Assembly: GCA_965223155.1 (NCBI GenBank)
Contig: CBDCVR010000013.1
Location: forward strand, 1,088,001-1,152,000
DNA: 64,000 nt
Source of the DNA: Candidatus Multivoradales bacterium
GTDB taxonomy: Bacteria > Acidobacteriota > Thermoanaerobaculia > Multivoradales > JAHEKO01
Direction of reading: 5' to 3'
Numbering within the stretch: the first letter of the stretch is position 1; each line of letters opens with the position of its first letter. Under the pieces are notes generated by a model. The model was not told the origin of the DNA. It saw only the letters and a program-made list of their open reading frames with translations, and searched no databases. Positions 17,101 through 27,115 of this stretch are shown here, piece after piece. Both the position numbers and the translations under genes were made by a program.

Positions 17101-18401
17101 CGCATCCGCCGGTAGATCTCGATCAGCGCTTGCTTGGAGTCGGTCGTGCCGTCCTTGGCCAGGGTGGCGCTCAGGATGTTGCCGCAGAGGTCCCAATCCG
17201 GGAAGAAGACCTCGATGTCGGTGTGCTTGCGCCCCTTGAGCCGCGACTCCATGTCCTCGGGCAGGAGCTCGTTGGCCTCGAAGAGCACTTCGCCGGTCTC
17301 GAGGTCCACGACGTCGGCGACGAAAAGGGCCCGGTCCAGCTTGGCCACTCGCACGGTTTCGGTGAGCGACTTGCCGGCAGCCAGCTTCTTGCGCTTGGCC
17401 TGGTCCAGTTCGAGTCCGGCGAAGATCCGGTACACGTCGCGGCGGCCGCGCAGATGGCGCTCCCGGATCTCCTCGCGCTCGAGGACCTCCGGCGTCACCG
17501 AGAGCTCGACCTGCTTGCCCTTCGGCTTGAGCGGAATGGCGGCGTAGAAGCGCCGCAGGATGGCTTCATCGGTCTCGAGGCCCAACGCGCGCAGAAAGAC
17601 GGTGCCGTGGAACTTCCGCTTGCGGTCGATGCGGACGTTCAGGACCTCCTTCTTGTCGTACTCGAACTCCACCCATGAGCCGCGATACGGAATGACCTTG
17701 GCCAGGTACGAGCGCGGGCCCTCGTTGGTAAAGAAGACGCCAGGCGAGCGATGAAGCTGGCTTACCACCACCCGCTCGGTGCCGTTGATGACAAAGGTGC
17801 CGTCATCGGTCATCAGCGGGATGTCGCCGAAGTAGACCTCTTCTTCCTTGGCGTCGCGCATCATGCGAGCGCCGGTCTCGGGATCCTTGTCGTAGACGAA
17901 CAGGCGGAAGGTGGCGCGCAGGGGCACGGCGTGGGTCATGCCGCGCTCCTGACATTCGGACAGGGAGTACTTGAGCTGCAGGTCCACCGGCTCGCCGCAC
18001 TTGTCGCAACGGGTCACCCGGTTCTGGTTGACGACACCGCACTCGCCGCAGGTAACCGTCTCCTCGTGAGGATGATCGGTCATGATCTTGGAGGAGCAGT
18101 TCGAGCACGTCATGCGCAAGAACTCGAGCCCCTTCAGGGTCGCGCACCGGCACTGCCAGTCACCGATCGTGTACTTGACGAAGTCCAGCGAGCAGGTCTC
18201 GCGGAAGTCGGAGAAGGGGAAGATCCCCTGAAAGACCGCCTGCAGCCCGCGATTCTCCCGCTCCTCGGGCAGCAGGTTCATCTGCAGAAACCGCTCGTAC
18301 GAGCGGCGCTGCACGTCGATCAGATTGGGAATCGGCAGGGAACTCCCGATTCGGGAGAAGTTGATCCGATTGCCGTTCACGTTGTCCTTGATAGTCGCCA
18401 T
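14151..18401 (-). CDS. rpoB: DNA-directed RNA polymerase subunit beta with a Cys-rich N-terminal insert
   Basis: [33 protein letters not shown]. Confidence 0.99.
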   Translation of the reverse strand: MATIKDNVNGNRINFSRIGSSLPIPNLIDVQRRSYERFLQMNLLPEERENRGLQAVFQGIFPFSDFRETCSLDFVKYTIGDWQCRCATLKGLEFLRMTCSNCSSKIMTDHPHEETVTCGECGVVNQNRVTRCDKCGEPVDLQLKYSLSECQERGMTHAVPLRATFRLFVYDKDPETGARMMRDAKEEEVYFGDIPLMTDDGTFVINGTERVVVSQLHRSPGVFFTNEGPRSYLAKVIPYRGSWVEFEYDKKEVLNVRIDRKRKFHGTVFLRALGLETDEAILRRFYAAIPLKPKGKQVELSVTPEVLEREEIRERHLRGRRDVYRIFAGLELDQAKRKKLAAGKSLTETVRVAKLDRALFVADVVDLETGEVLFEANELLPEDMESRLKGRKHTDIEVFFPDWDLCGNILSATLAKDGTTDSKQALIEIYRRMRPGDPPTIESARSLFYGMFFDAKRYDFSRVGRFKFNIKLDSDVSVDQKTLSADDFYGVVEYLLRLHRDVGRVDDIDNLGNRRVRTVGELLENQFRVGLVRMERAIKEKMSVHQDIDSAMPHDLINSKPVIAAIKEFFGSSQLSQFMDQTNPLSEVTHKRRLSALGPGGLSRERAGFEVRDVHASHYGRICPIETPEGPNIGLISSLATFARINDYGFIESPYKRVEKGRVIDHYRVVRVGGGPFKLGQVITGDELEAANKSLAKAKKAQVEAAPHAWYLTAWEEERYIIGQANAKIDKRGRLVEERVIARSGGDFITVERDRVDYMDISPKQLVSVAAALIPFLEHDDANRALMGSNMQRQAVPLLRTESPIVGTGLEGIVARDSGSVVLCQRGGIVDSVDSERVIVRVEGQDIETGEAKDFGADIYQLTKFRRSNQNTCVNQKPLVSEGQRVRKGDVLADGPSTDAGELALGRNVLVGFMPWRGYNFEDAILVSETLVKEDSYTSIHIEEFEIEARDTRLGPEEVTRDIPNVSEAALKDLDESGIIRIGAKVAAGDILVGKVTPKGETQLTPEEKLLRAIFGEKAGDVRDASLKVPSGIEGTVVDVKIFSRKGVEKDERAQQIEADEVARMEKNSRDKVRILTEERNKKITDLLAGQKVTAAVKGRDGETLVKRGEAIGRPVLEALTRQEILKLPIRAKKLLNEVKEIYKRTDSFVDVLYSVNEDRVKDLQKGDELPPGVIKLVKVFVAMKRKLQVGDKMAGRHGNKGVISRILPVEDMPYLPDGTPVDIVLNPLGVPSRMNVGQILETHLGWAGQVLGVKFATPVFDGASEEDLKSHMAEAALPSSGKTELYDGMTGDKFEQQVTVGYIYMLKLSHLVDDKIHARSIGPYSLITQQPLGGKAQFGGQRFGEMEVWALEAYGAAYTLQELLTVKSDDVEGRSKVYESIVKGDVPEDPGLPESFNVLVRELQSLCLDVELVKV

Positions 18402-18428
18402 ATGCCCTGCTTCCTCAGCTTGAGATCA

Positions 18429-18459
18429 ATCAGAGATCAGAGATCAGAGATCAGAGATC
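18429..18459. repeat. Heptamer tandem repeat (ATCAGAG)x4 plus a partial unit in the rplL-rpoB spacer
   Basis: ATCAGAG ATCAGAG ATCAGAG ATCAGAG ATC read directly. Confidence 0.9.
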
Positions 18460-18533
18460 CACGGAAAACGCGGCGCATGCCTTTCCGAAAAGACACACCC
18501 CACCGAGTAGCGGCGCCCGCACGACACCGCTTG

Positions 18534-18553
18534 CTCGACCCGTGCGGGTCGAG
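18534..18553. other. Inverted repeat downstream of rplL (possible pause, attenuator or processing site)
   Basis: CTCGACCCG-TG-CGGGTCGAG; no U-tract. Confidence 0.5.
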
Positions 18554-18578
18554 GCGCGCTTCAAGAGGGGCGACACCC

Positions 18579-18959
18579 CTACTTGAGCTCTGCCTGAGCG
18601 CCAGCTTCTTCGAACTTCTTCTTGATCTCTTCAGCTTCTTCTTTCGAGACCGCTTCCTTGACGGTCGTCGGCGCCGCTTCGACCATGTCCTTGGCGTCCT
18701 TGAGGCCCAGCTGGGTCACTTCCCGGACGACCTTGATGACGTTGATCTTCTTGTCGCCAATGGCGGACAGGACCACGTCGAACTCGGTCTTCTCCTCGGC
18801 GGCTTCTGCGGCACCCCCACCCCCGGCCACGGCCATGGGCACGGCGGCGGCGGCGGCGGAGACTCCGTAGTGCTCCTCGAGGGCCTTGACCAGGCCGTTG
18901 AGCTCGAGCACCGTCATCTCGTCGATCTGCTTGATGAAGTCTTCGGTAGCAATCGCCAT
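18579..18959 (-). CDS. rplL: 50S ribosomal protein L7/L12
   Basis: [10 protein letters not shown]...[11 protein letters not shown]...LGLKDAK. Confidence 0.98.
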   Translation of the reverse strand: MAIATEDFIKQIDEMTVLELNGLVKALEEHYGVSAAAAAVPMAVAGGGGAAEAAEEKTEFDVVLSAIGDKKINVIKVVREVTQLGLKDAKDMVEAAPTTVKEAVSKEEAEEIKKKFEEAGAQAELK

Positions 18960-19016
18960 CTTTTCTCTCCTTGAGGGCCGGCGCGGAGACCAGCCCGTGA
19001 TTCCTATTGGAAGCTG

Positions 19017-19541
19017 CTAGCTCTCTTTCGTAATGGCAACCTCGCCCAGCACGCTAACGAACTGCCTGGGCAGCTCGTTCAGGGTACGCACGAAGCTGGT
19101 CACCGGCGACTGGAGCAGGAACAGCAGTTTCGCGATCAACTCTTCCCGGCTGGGAAGCGAAGCGATCTCTTCGATATCCGAGGCTTCGACGGTCTGCCCG
19201 TCCAAGAGCCCCTTCTTGAGGGTGACCGCCGGAACGCTCTTGGCGAACTCGGCAACGGTTTTCGCCAGCGCCACGGCGTCTTCGGAGGCGTAGGCCACCG
19301 CGGTCGCGCCGGAGAACTCCTCCCGCAGGCCGTCGAGGGCGGCGCCCTCGATTGCCCGCAGCAGGAGGCGGTTCTTGACGACCACGTACTCCCCGCCGGT
19401 CTCCCGCACCCGGTGCCGGAACTCGGTCACCTCGGGAACGGTGACGCCTTCGCAACTCAGCAAGAAGGCATGCGGCGCCTTGGCCACCCCCTCCTGATAC
19501 GAAGCGACGAGGCCTTCTTTCTGGTCTCTGGTAAGCGGCAT
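19017..19541 (-). CDS. rplJ: 50S ribosomal protein L10
   Basis: VVVKNRLL...IASLPSREELIAKLL; located between rplA and rplL. Confidence 0.96.
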   Translation of the reverse strand: MPLTRDQKEGLVASYQEGVAKAPHAFLLSCEGVTVPEVTEFRHRVRETGGEYVVVKNRLLLRAIEGAALDGLREEFSGATAVAYASEDAVALAKTVAEFAKSVPAVTLKKGLLDGQTVEASDIEEIASLPSREELIAKLLFLLQSPVTSFVRTLNELPRQFVSVLGEVAITKES

Positions 19542-19573
19542 GACTCTGATTCCTTCCGGTTCCCTGTCCCGAC

Positions 19574-20275
19574 TTAGGCTTCCAGCGCCGTCAGGGCGCT
19601 CTCGTCGATCCTGATCCCCGGCCCCATGCTCGAGGACAGGCTGATCGACTTGACGTACTTTCCTTTGGCCGAGGCGGGCTTTGCCTTGACCAGAGCCAGA
19701 AGCACGGCGGCGGCATTGTCCTTGAGCTGATCAGCCGAGAACGAGGTCTTGCCGAAGGGCGCGTGCACGATGCCGGCCTTGTCCACCCGGAACTCGATCT
19801 TGCCCGCCTTGATGGCCTCGACCGCCGGCCCCACGTCGAAGGTCACGGTACCGGTCTTGGGGTTCGGCATCAGCCCCCTGGGACCGAGGACCCGGCCGAG
19901 CTTGCCGACGACCTTCATCATGTCCGGTGTGGAGACAACGGCGTCGAAGTCGAGCCAGCCTCCCTGAATCTTCTCGGCCAGCTCTTCGCCGCCGACCACG
20001 TCGGCCCCAGCACCCTCGGCCTCTTTGACCTTCTCGCCGCCGGCGAACACCAGCACGCGAACCGACCGTCCGGTGCCATGAGGCAAGGCCACGGTGCCAC
20101 GGACCATCTGGTCCGCATGGCGGGGATCCACACCCAGCCGCACCGCCAGATCGACCGACTCATCGAACTTTGCGAAGGACAGCTCCTTGGCCAGTTCGAC
20201 CGCCTCGTCGAGCCCGTACGTACGGGCCTCGAGCTTGCCGGCGGCTTCCTTGAACGCTTTTCCTGACTTCCCCAT
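19574..20275 (-). CDS. rplA: 50S ribosomal protein L1
   Basis: KFDESVD...LPHGTG...[16 protein letters not shown]; start trimmed to ATG at 20275. Confidence 0.97.
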   Translation of the reverse strand: MGKSGKAFKEAAGKLEARTYGLDEAVELAKELSFAKFDESVDLAVRLGVDPRHADQMVRGTVALPHGTGRSVRVLVFAGGEKVKEAEGAGADVVGGEELAEKIQGGWLDFDAVVSTPDMMKVVGKLGRVLGPRGLMPNPKTGTVTFDVGPAVEAIKAGKIEFRVDKAGIVHAPFGKTSFSADQLKDNAAAVLLALVKAKPASAKGKYVKSISLSSSMGPGIRIDESALTALEA

Positions 20276-20315
20276 CGTAGTTCCTCGACTCGTTTCCCTC
20301 GCGGCGACCGCTGCC

Positions 20316-20738
20316 TCAGTCGACTTCGATCCCCATCGACCGGGCCGTGCCTTCGATGATCCGCTTCGCGGCTTCAATCGAGGCCGCGTTCAGGTCCGGC
20401 ATCTTGGTCTTGGCGATCTCTTCCACCTGGGCGTCCGACACCGTGCCCACCTTGTCTCGGTTGGGCTCGCCGGACCCCTTGGCCAGTCCCGCCGCCTGAC
20501 GCAGCAGAACTGCCGCGGGCGGCGTCTTGGTGATGAAGGTGTAACTGCGGTCGGCGTAGACCGTGATGACCACCGGAATGATGGTGCCCTGGTCTTGCTG
20601 GGTCTTGGCGTTGAAGGCCTTGCAGAAATCCATGATGTTGACCCCGGCCTGGCCCAATGCCGGACCGACGGGCGGAGCCGGCGAGGCCTGCCCGCCGGGG
20701 ATCTGCAACTTGACCTGACCTATGACTTTCTTTGCCAT
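20316..20738 (-). CDS. rplK: 50S ribosomal protein L11
   Basis: [25 protein letters not shown]. Confidence 0.98.
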   Translation of the reverse strand: MAKKVIGQVKLQIPGGQASPAPPVGPALGQAGVNIMDFCKAFNAKTQQDQGTIIPVVITVYADRSYTFITKTPPAAVLLRQAAGLAKGSGEPNRDKVGTVSDAQVEEIAKTKMPDLNAASIEAAKRIIEGTARSMGIEVD

Positions 20739-20788
20739 GCTTCGTTCCTATCGCGCCTCTGCCCGGCAATGCGTCGGGCGCTCCGCGT

Positions 20789-21343
20789 CTAGAGCTTCTG
20801 AACCTGACTGAAGTCGAGCTCGACCGGAGTCTGCCGCCCGAAAATCGTCACCATCACCTTGAGGGTGTTGCGCTCGAGGTTGACTTCCTCGACCACGCCG
20901 CTGAAGTTGTTGAAGGGCCCGTCGATGATCTTGACCGGCTCGGCCTTGTCGAAGATGTACTTGGGCTTGGGCTTGTCCCGGGTGCTGACCGCCTGGTGCA
21001 GGATCTGGTCGACCTCGTCCTGCGTCAACGGGGTCGGCTTCTTGCCGCCGCCGACGAAGCCGGTGACCTTCGGCGTGTTCTTGACCACGTGCCAGGCGTC
21101 GTCCGACATCGCCATCTCGACCAGGATGTAGCCAGGGAAGAACTTACGCTCGGTTTCGCGCTTCTTGCCGCCCCGGTACTCCACGATGGTCTCGGTGGGA
21201 ATCCGGATGTCTCCGATCGCTTCCCCCATGCCCAAGGCGTCGGCTCGCTGCCGCAAGGTCTCCTTGACCCGGTCTTCGAACCCCGAGTAGGTGTGCACGA
21301 TGTACCACTGCTTCGTGGACTGCTGTTCGCTAGCTGTCGTCAT
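20789..21343 (-). CDS. nusG: Transcription termination/antitermination factor NusG
   Basis: WYIVHTYSGFE, FFPGYILV, KOW motif DGPF...IFGRQTPVEL. Confidence 0.98.
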   Translation of the reverse strand: MTTASEQQSTKQWYIVHTYSGFEDRVKETLRQRADALGMGEAIGDIRIPTETIVEYRGGKKRETERKFFPGYILVEMAMSDDAWHVVKNTPKVTGFVGGGKKPTPLTQDEVDQILHQAVSTRDKPKPKYIFDKAEPVKIIDGPFNNFSGVVEEVNLERNTLKVMVTIFGRQTPVELDFSQVQKL

Positions 21344-21558
21344 GATCTACCAAAAAGTCTGAGAACGCCCTCGTAGATCTCGAGAATCACGATGTCGGAG
21401 AGCCAGAGAAAGAGCGCGAAGATGACGCTGGCCACGAGCACGACGATGGTCGTCGAGATCACTTCGGCGCGCGACGGAAACGTCACCTTCTTCATCTCGG
21501 CACGGGTTTCGGCCAAGAAGGTCGTCATCCTGCCCCAAGTCTCGGTTATCGATGCCAC
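21340..21558 (-). CDS. secE: Preprotein translocase subunit SecE
   Basis: FLAETRAEMKKVTFPSR plus one TM helix; overlaps the nusG start. Confidence 0.95.
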   Translation of the reverse strand: MASITETWGRMTTFLAETRAEMKKVTFPSRAEVISTTIVVLVASVIFALFLWLSDIVILEIYEGVLRLFGRS

Positions 21559-21589
21559 GCTACGGTTCCCGTTGTCCTATTCGTTCGAT

Positions 21590-21666
21590 TGGCAGGCCAG
21601 GAGGGATTCGAACCCCCAACCCTCGGTTTTGGAGACCGATGCTCTACCAATTCGAGCTACTGGCCT
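21590..21666 (-). tRNA. tRNA-Trp(CCA)
   Basis: AGGCCAG acceptor stem, anticodon loop CT-CCA-AA, GTTCGAAT T-loop, encoded CCA end. Confidence 0.96.
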
Positions 21667-21701
21667 GAATTCTGCCTTGCTGTCGTCTCTTGGGTCGCGG
21701 G

Positions 21702-22895
<1,194 letters not shown>

Positions 22896-23023
22896 AGTCG
22901 AACCGCTCCTCTTCGTAGATAACAGCCCTCACGGGCCAAGTCTCCAGATCTCTATCTTGTGCGTTTAGGATCGAGGCCGGCGAACCGCCCCGCTTCGTCT
23001 CTCTAGAACCTTCGCCACCTCGC

Positions 23024-23098
23024 TGGAGCCCACGACCGGATTTGAACCGGTGACCCCTTCCTTACCAAGGAAGTGCTCTACCTCTGAGCTACGTGGAC
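23024..23098 (-). tRNA. tRNA-Thr(GGT)
   Basis: CTTCC-TT-GGT-AA-GGAAG anticodon arm, GGTTCAAATCC, CCA end. Confidence 0.95.
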
Positions 23099-23172
23099 TA
23101 AGTCTAGTAACGCCGCAACCGTAAACGAACCCCGACCGACCGCATTGCGCGGGTCAGCTCGGGGAATGAAGG

Positions 23173-23201
23173 AGTATATGAATTCGGACGCCCCCTGTAA
23201 A
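23173..23201 (-). promoter_or_regulatory. Putative sigma70 promoter for tRNA-Thr-tuf
   Basis: TTTACA-N17-TATACT on the minus strand. Confidence 0.7.
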
Positions 23202-23283
23202 GGGGGTTGCGCCGGCTTTTCCGGGCCCGGCTAGCGGCCCCGAAACCCGGAACTGGCGGCGAGCGACCGGCCTGACTCTCGTC

Positions 23284-23358
23284 TGGAGCGGGAGACGGGA
23301 ATCGAACCCGCGACCAGCAGCTTGGAAGGCTGAGACTCTACCACTGAGTTACTCCCGC
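23284..23358 (-). tRNA. tRNA-Gly(TCC)
   Basis: GCGGGAG acceptor stem, CAGC-CT-TCC-AA-GCTG, GGTTCGATTCC, CCA end. Confidence 0.95.
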
Positions 23359-23560
23359 TGTTCCCGGCTTGGGCACCCGCGAGCCACGCAAGCGAACACC
23401 GCGAACCGGGCTTGCGGCAAGCTTGGCAGAGGCGCTACCAAACTTCAAGCGGACACTCTCGGTTCAGCCTCTTGTTGCTCGTTCCACAGCGCCACGACGG
23501 CCTACGGCGGATACTGACGTGCTGGGCTCGACAATCCCGAGGCACGTAGCCCTAGCAGCC

Positions 23561-26500
23561 ATGACCGAGAACGTAACACCGACCGCCGATGGACGCAGGG
23601 GCCGCGCGCCCGGCGAAGCTTCGATTCTGCTGATCACGGCGGACCTGAAGACCCGGGCCCTGGCGGAGCCGGCTCTTCTGGACGCCGGCTTCCAGGTCCT
23701 GACAACCGCCAATGCGGGCGAATCTCTGGAGCTGGCCGAGCAGATCTCGCCCGACGTCATTCTGCTCGACCTTCTGGTCAACGACACCGACGCGCTCAGC
23801 CTGCGTCAGACACTGCGCCGCCTGCCTCCGTGCCAGAGCACACCCGTCTTCGTGCTCTCGGACCTCGTCGACCGCGGCCTCGTCGCCCAGGTCTACAAGG
23901 ACCCCTTCTCGGAATTCCTGCCCAAGCCGGTCAACTGGCTCGTCCTGCCCCATCGCCTGCGGCAGGCCGTGGTCGTGGGCCGGTCGGTGGCGGCGCTGCG
24001 CGAATATCAGCGTTCGCTGGAGCAGGCTCAAGATGCCGCCCGCTCGGCCAGCACCGAGGCCCTCAAGCTACGGAGCTTCGACCAGCTCACCGGCCTGCCG
24101 AACCGGGCAACCTTCACCGAGATCGTGGCTCTGGCCGTGGCGCAGATGCGGAACCGCCGGGGCGAGATCGCGGTGCTCTTCATCGACATCGACAGTTTTC
24201 GCGAGCTCAACGACTCTCTCGGCCGCGAGGGAGGCGACGTTCTGCTGCGAGCCATCGCCGGCCGCCTCCAGTCCACGCTCGAACAGCAGATCTCGAGGCC
24301 GGACGAAGTGGGTTCGGGCGCCCGCGGCTCGCTGGCCCGGATCCAAGCCGACGAATTCGCCATCCTCTTGGACCAGATCGAAGACGTCGCCCATGCGGTC
24401 CGCCTCGGGGAAGAGATCCTGGCGGCCCTGACCGCACCGTACGGCATCGGGGGCCGCGACGTCTTCGTGTCCGCCAGCATGGGTATCGCCGTCACCTCCG
24501 ACGCCGAGGGCGAAGCCGTCCTCCAGTGCGCCGAAACCGCGATGCGCCACGCCAAGCGCGACGGCGCTCACTCCATGCGCGTCTACACCGACGAGATGCG
24601 TAGCGAGGTCGAGGAAAAGATCGCGCTCCAGGAACGCCTGCGCCTGGCCATCGACAACAACGAGCTTCGCCTTCACTACCAGCCGATCGTGGACAGCAGA
24701 ACCCGCCGCATCAAGGCAGTGGAAGGCTTGGTGCGCTGGACCGACGCCCAGCGCGGACCGGTGCCGCCGGACGTTTTCATCCCGATCGCGGAGGAAAGCG
24801 GCCTCATCACCCGCATCGGAGATTGGGTCCTGCGCGAAGGCTGCCGGCAGCTGGCCGAATGGCGGGATGCCGGCATCTCCGGCCTGCGGCTCGCCCTCAA
24901 CATCGCCAGGCCGCAACTCGAAGAGGCCGCGTTCGTCGACAAGGTACAGGCGGCCCTGGCATCGAGCGCCATCGAACCGGCAAGCCTGGAGCTCGAGCTG
25001 AGCGAGCGTGGCGTTCTCCGTGACGACCCGGCGACGCTCGACAAGCTGGCCCGGCTCGAAGAACTGGGCGTGAGTCTCGCGATCGATGACTTCGGTACCG
25101 GCCAGACGACACTTGCCTATCTGCAACGTTTTCCTTTGAGGGTGCTCAAGATCGACCGGTCCTTCGTGTCACGAGTGGCGACCGACCCGGCCACCGAAGC
25201 GATCACCCGAGCCATCATCGCCATGGCCCACGAGCTCCAGCTCCGGGTGGTCGGCGAGGGCGTGGAAACCGAAGCCCAGGAGTCGATCCTGCGCAAGCAG
25301 CAGTGCGACGAACTCCAGGGCTTCCTGTTTCACCGCCCGGTGAGAGCCCGCGAGCTCCAGGTGCTGATCAACGACCGGGCGCCCGAGGCGGAGACGCAGA
25401 AGGAGAGGCCGGAGGAGATCGGACTGGAAGTCGAGCCGGAGCCGGCGACGGAAACGGTTCTGGGGCCCTCGTCGAGCCCGCACTCGCTGGTGCCAGCGGC
25501 CCGGCACGATCCAGACTCGGAGCCCTTCCCAACCGCCGAGATCCTGGCGATCGGCCCGGAAGCGGAGGACGAGCTCTTCCGTATGGCCCACGTCGACTTC
25601 CTGACCGATCTCCTGAACCGCTATTCCTTCGAGCGCTCGCTCGAAGCCACCCTCGCCCGGGCGCAGCGCTTCGGACACCGGGTGGCGCTGTTGCTCTTCG
25701 ACCTGGACCAATTCAAGGCGATCAACGACACCTTCGGTCACGCCGCCGGCGACGAACTGCTCAAAGTCATCGCGGCGCGGCTCAAGCGGAAGGTGCGCAA
25801 GGTGGACGCACTGGCCCGGCTAGGCGGTGACGAGTTCGCCCTGGTTCACAGCGAGTTCCGGGCCCTGGACGGCCTGGGAACGCTGGCTCAGAGACTCGGT
25901 GAGGAGATCTCGAAGCCCATCCGGCTGGGCTCGAGCGAGGTGCGGATCACGGCCAGCATCGGCATCGCCGTCTTTCCGCCCGGCGACGCCGACCCCGGAC
26001 GCTTCTACCGGCAGGCGGACCTGGCGCTCTACAAGGCCAAGGAGGAGGGCGGAAACCGCTTTCACTTCCATGCCAGTGAGATGGACCGGCAAGTCCAGAT
26101 CAAGCTCCAGCTCGGTCGCGACCTGCACGGCGCCACCGAGCGGGACGAGCTGCACCTCGTCTTCCAGCCCCAATTCGCGCTCGCCACCCGCGCCATCTCG
26201 GCAGTCGAGGCCCTGGTTCGCTGGAACCACCCGAGCCGCGGAATGGTACCTCCGGGAACCTTCATCCCGATCGCCGAGGACAATGGCGAGATCATCCCGA
26301 TCGGAGAATGGGTCCTCCGCAACGCCTGCGCCGAAGCCGGTTCCTGGCACCGGGAGATAGGACTCGAGATCCCCGTGTCGGTCAATCTCTCCTACGTCCA
26401 GTTCCGGCTCCAGGAGTTCCCCAACTCGGTACGCCGCATCCTGGAGGAAACCCAACTGCCGGCCCACCTGCTCGAGCTGGAGCTCAATCAGCGCATGCTG

Positions 26501-26926
26501 CTCCGTCTCGAGAGCGATCTGGAGCGACTCGTCCGGGGTCTCGAAAGTCTGGGCGTCAGCCTGTGTATCGACGACTTCGGTACCGGCCCCTTTTCGATGG
26601 AAGACCTGAGCCACCTGCCCTTTCGCAAGCTCAAGGTCGATGGCCGCTTTGTCCGCATCCCGGACGAGGACGGCAAGTGCCCGCCGCTCGTAAGCGCCAT
26701 TATCGCCCTGGGCAAGAAGCTCAACCTCGGAGTGGTGGCCGAGGGTGTCGAGACCCAAGCCCAGCTCCGGGCGCTCCAGGACGAACAGTGTGACTTCGCC
26801 CAGGGACACCTCTTCACCCGGCCCATGTCCGCGCCCGAGATGCACGCCCGGCTGCTGGGAGTAGGGCTGGCCCGGCGAACCTCCCGCGCCGACATCCTGC
26901 CCTTTCCCAACGATCTCTCGTCCTGA
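23561..26926 (+). CDS. c-di-GMP signalling protein, REC-GGDEF(degenerate)-EAL-GGDEF-EAL
   Basis: REC (PDVILLD...FLPKPV), DQLTGLPNR..QADEF, EGLVRW..DDFGTG, RKVD..GGDEF, EALVRW..DDFGTG. ATG at 23561 chosen because the longer ORF would start 11 nt from tRNA-Gly. Confidence 0.9.
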   Translation: MTENVTPTADGRRGRAPGEASILLITADLKTRALAEPALLDAGFQVLTTANAGESLELAEQISPDVILLDLLVNDTDALSLRQTLRRLPPCQSTPVFVLSDLVDRGLVAQVYKDPFSEFLPKPVNWLVLPHRLRQAVVVGRSVAALREYQRSLEQAQDAARSASTEALKLRSFDQLTGLPNRATFTEIVALAVAQMRNRRGEIAVLFIDIDSFRELNDSLGREGGDVLLRAIAGRLQSTLEQQISRPDEVGSGARGSLARIQADEFAILLDQIEDVAHAVRLGEEILAALTAPYGIGGRDVFVSASMGIAVTSDAEGEAVLQCAETAMRHAKRDGAHSMRVYTDEMRSEVEEKIALQERLRLAIDNNELRLHYQPIVDSRTRRIKAVEGLVRWTDAQRGPVPPDVFIPIAEESGLITRIGDWVLREGCRQLAEWRDAGISGLRLALNIARPQLEEAAFVDKVQAALASSAIEPASLELELSERGVLRDDPATLDKLARLEELGVSLAIDDFGTGQTTLAYLQRFPLRVLKIDRSFVSRVATDPATEAITRAIIAMAHELQLRVVGEGVETEAQESILRKQQCDELQGFLFHRPVRARELQVLINDRAPEAETQKERPEEIGLEVEPEPATETVLGPSSSPHSLVPAARHDPDSEPFPTAEILAIGPEAEDELFRMAHVDFLTDLLNRYSFERSLEATLARAQRFGHRVALLLFDLDQFKAINDTFGHAAGDELLKVIAARLKRKVRKVDALARLGGDEFALVHSEFRALDGLGTLAQRLGEEISKPIRLGSSEVRITASIGIAVFPPGDADPGRFYRQADLALYKAKEEGGNRFHFHASEMDRQVQIKLQLGRDLHGATERDELHLVFQPQFALATRAISAVEALVRWNHPSRGMVPPGTFIPIAEDNGEIIPIGEWVLRNACAEAGSWHREIGLEIPVSVNLSYVQFRLQEFPNSVRRILEETQLPAHLLELELNQRMLLRLESDLERLVRGLESLGVSLCIDDFGTGPFSMEDLSHLPFRKLKVDGRFVRIPDEDGKCPPLVSAIIALGKKLNLGVVAEGVETQAQLRALQDEQCDFAQGHLFTRPMSAPEMHARLLGVGLARRTSRADILPFPNDLSS

Positions 26927-26976
26927 ACCGGCCGAGCCGGCCCGCAACGCACCGGCAGCCTCCGCGCCGCCGGCCT

Positions 26977-27006
26977 TTGCAAGCTCGGCCTGACCACGGG
27001 TACGCT
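26977..27006 (+). promoter_or_regulatory. Putative sigma70 promoter of the DUF885-like gene
   Basis: TTGCAA-N18-TACGCT. Confidence 0.4.
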
Positions 27007-27115
27007 GGGCACCGAACCCGCAGATGTGTCGGCGGCGGCTGCGGCAGGCGATTGTCGCCCGCAGCGCCCGCCCAGACCGACGCGATTTCGACACGATCTC
27101 TGAAAGGAGTCGAAG

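Noticed and set aside
18423-18459. CRISPR-like array
   Set aside because: The units are 7 nt with no spacers, and there are no cas genes in the window.
23424-23440. Sigma54-like motif upstream of tRNA-Gly (TGGTAGCGCCTCTGC on the minus strand)
   Set aside because: Only the GG-N10-GC spacing matches; the flanking consensus is poor, which is expected by chance in GC-rich DNA.
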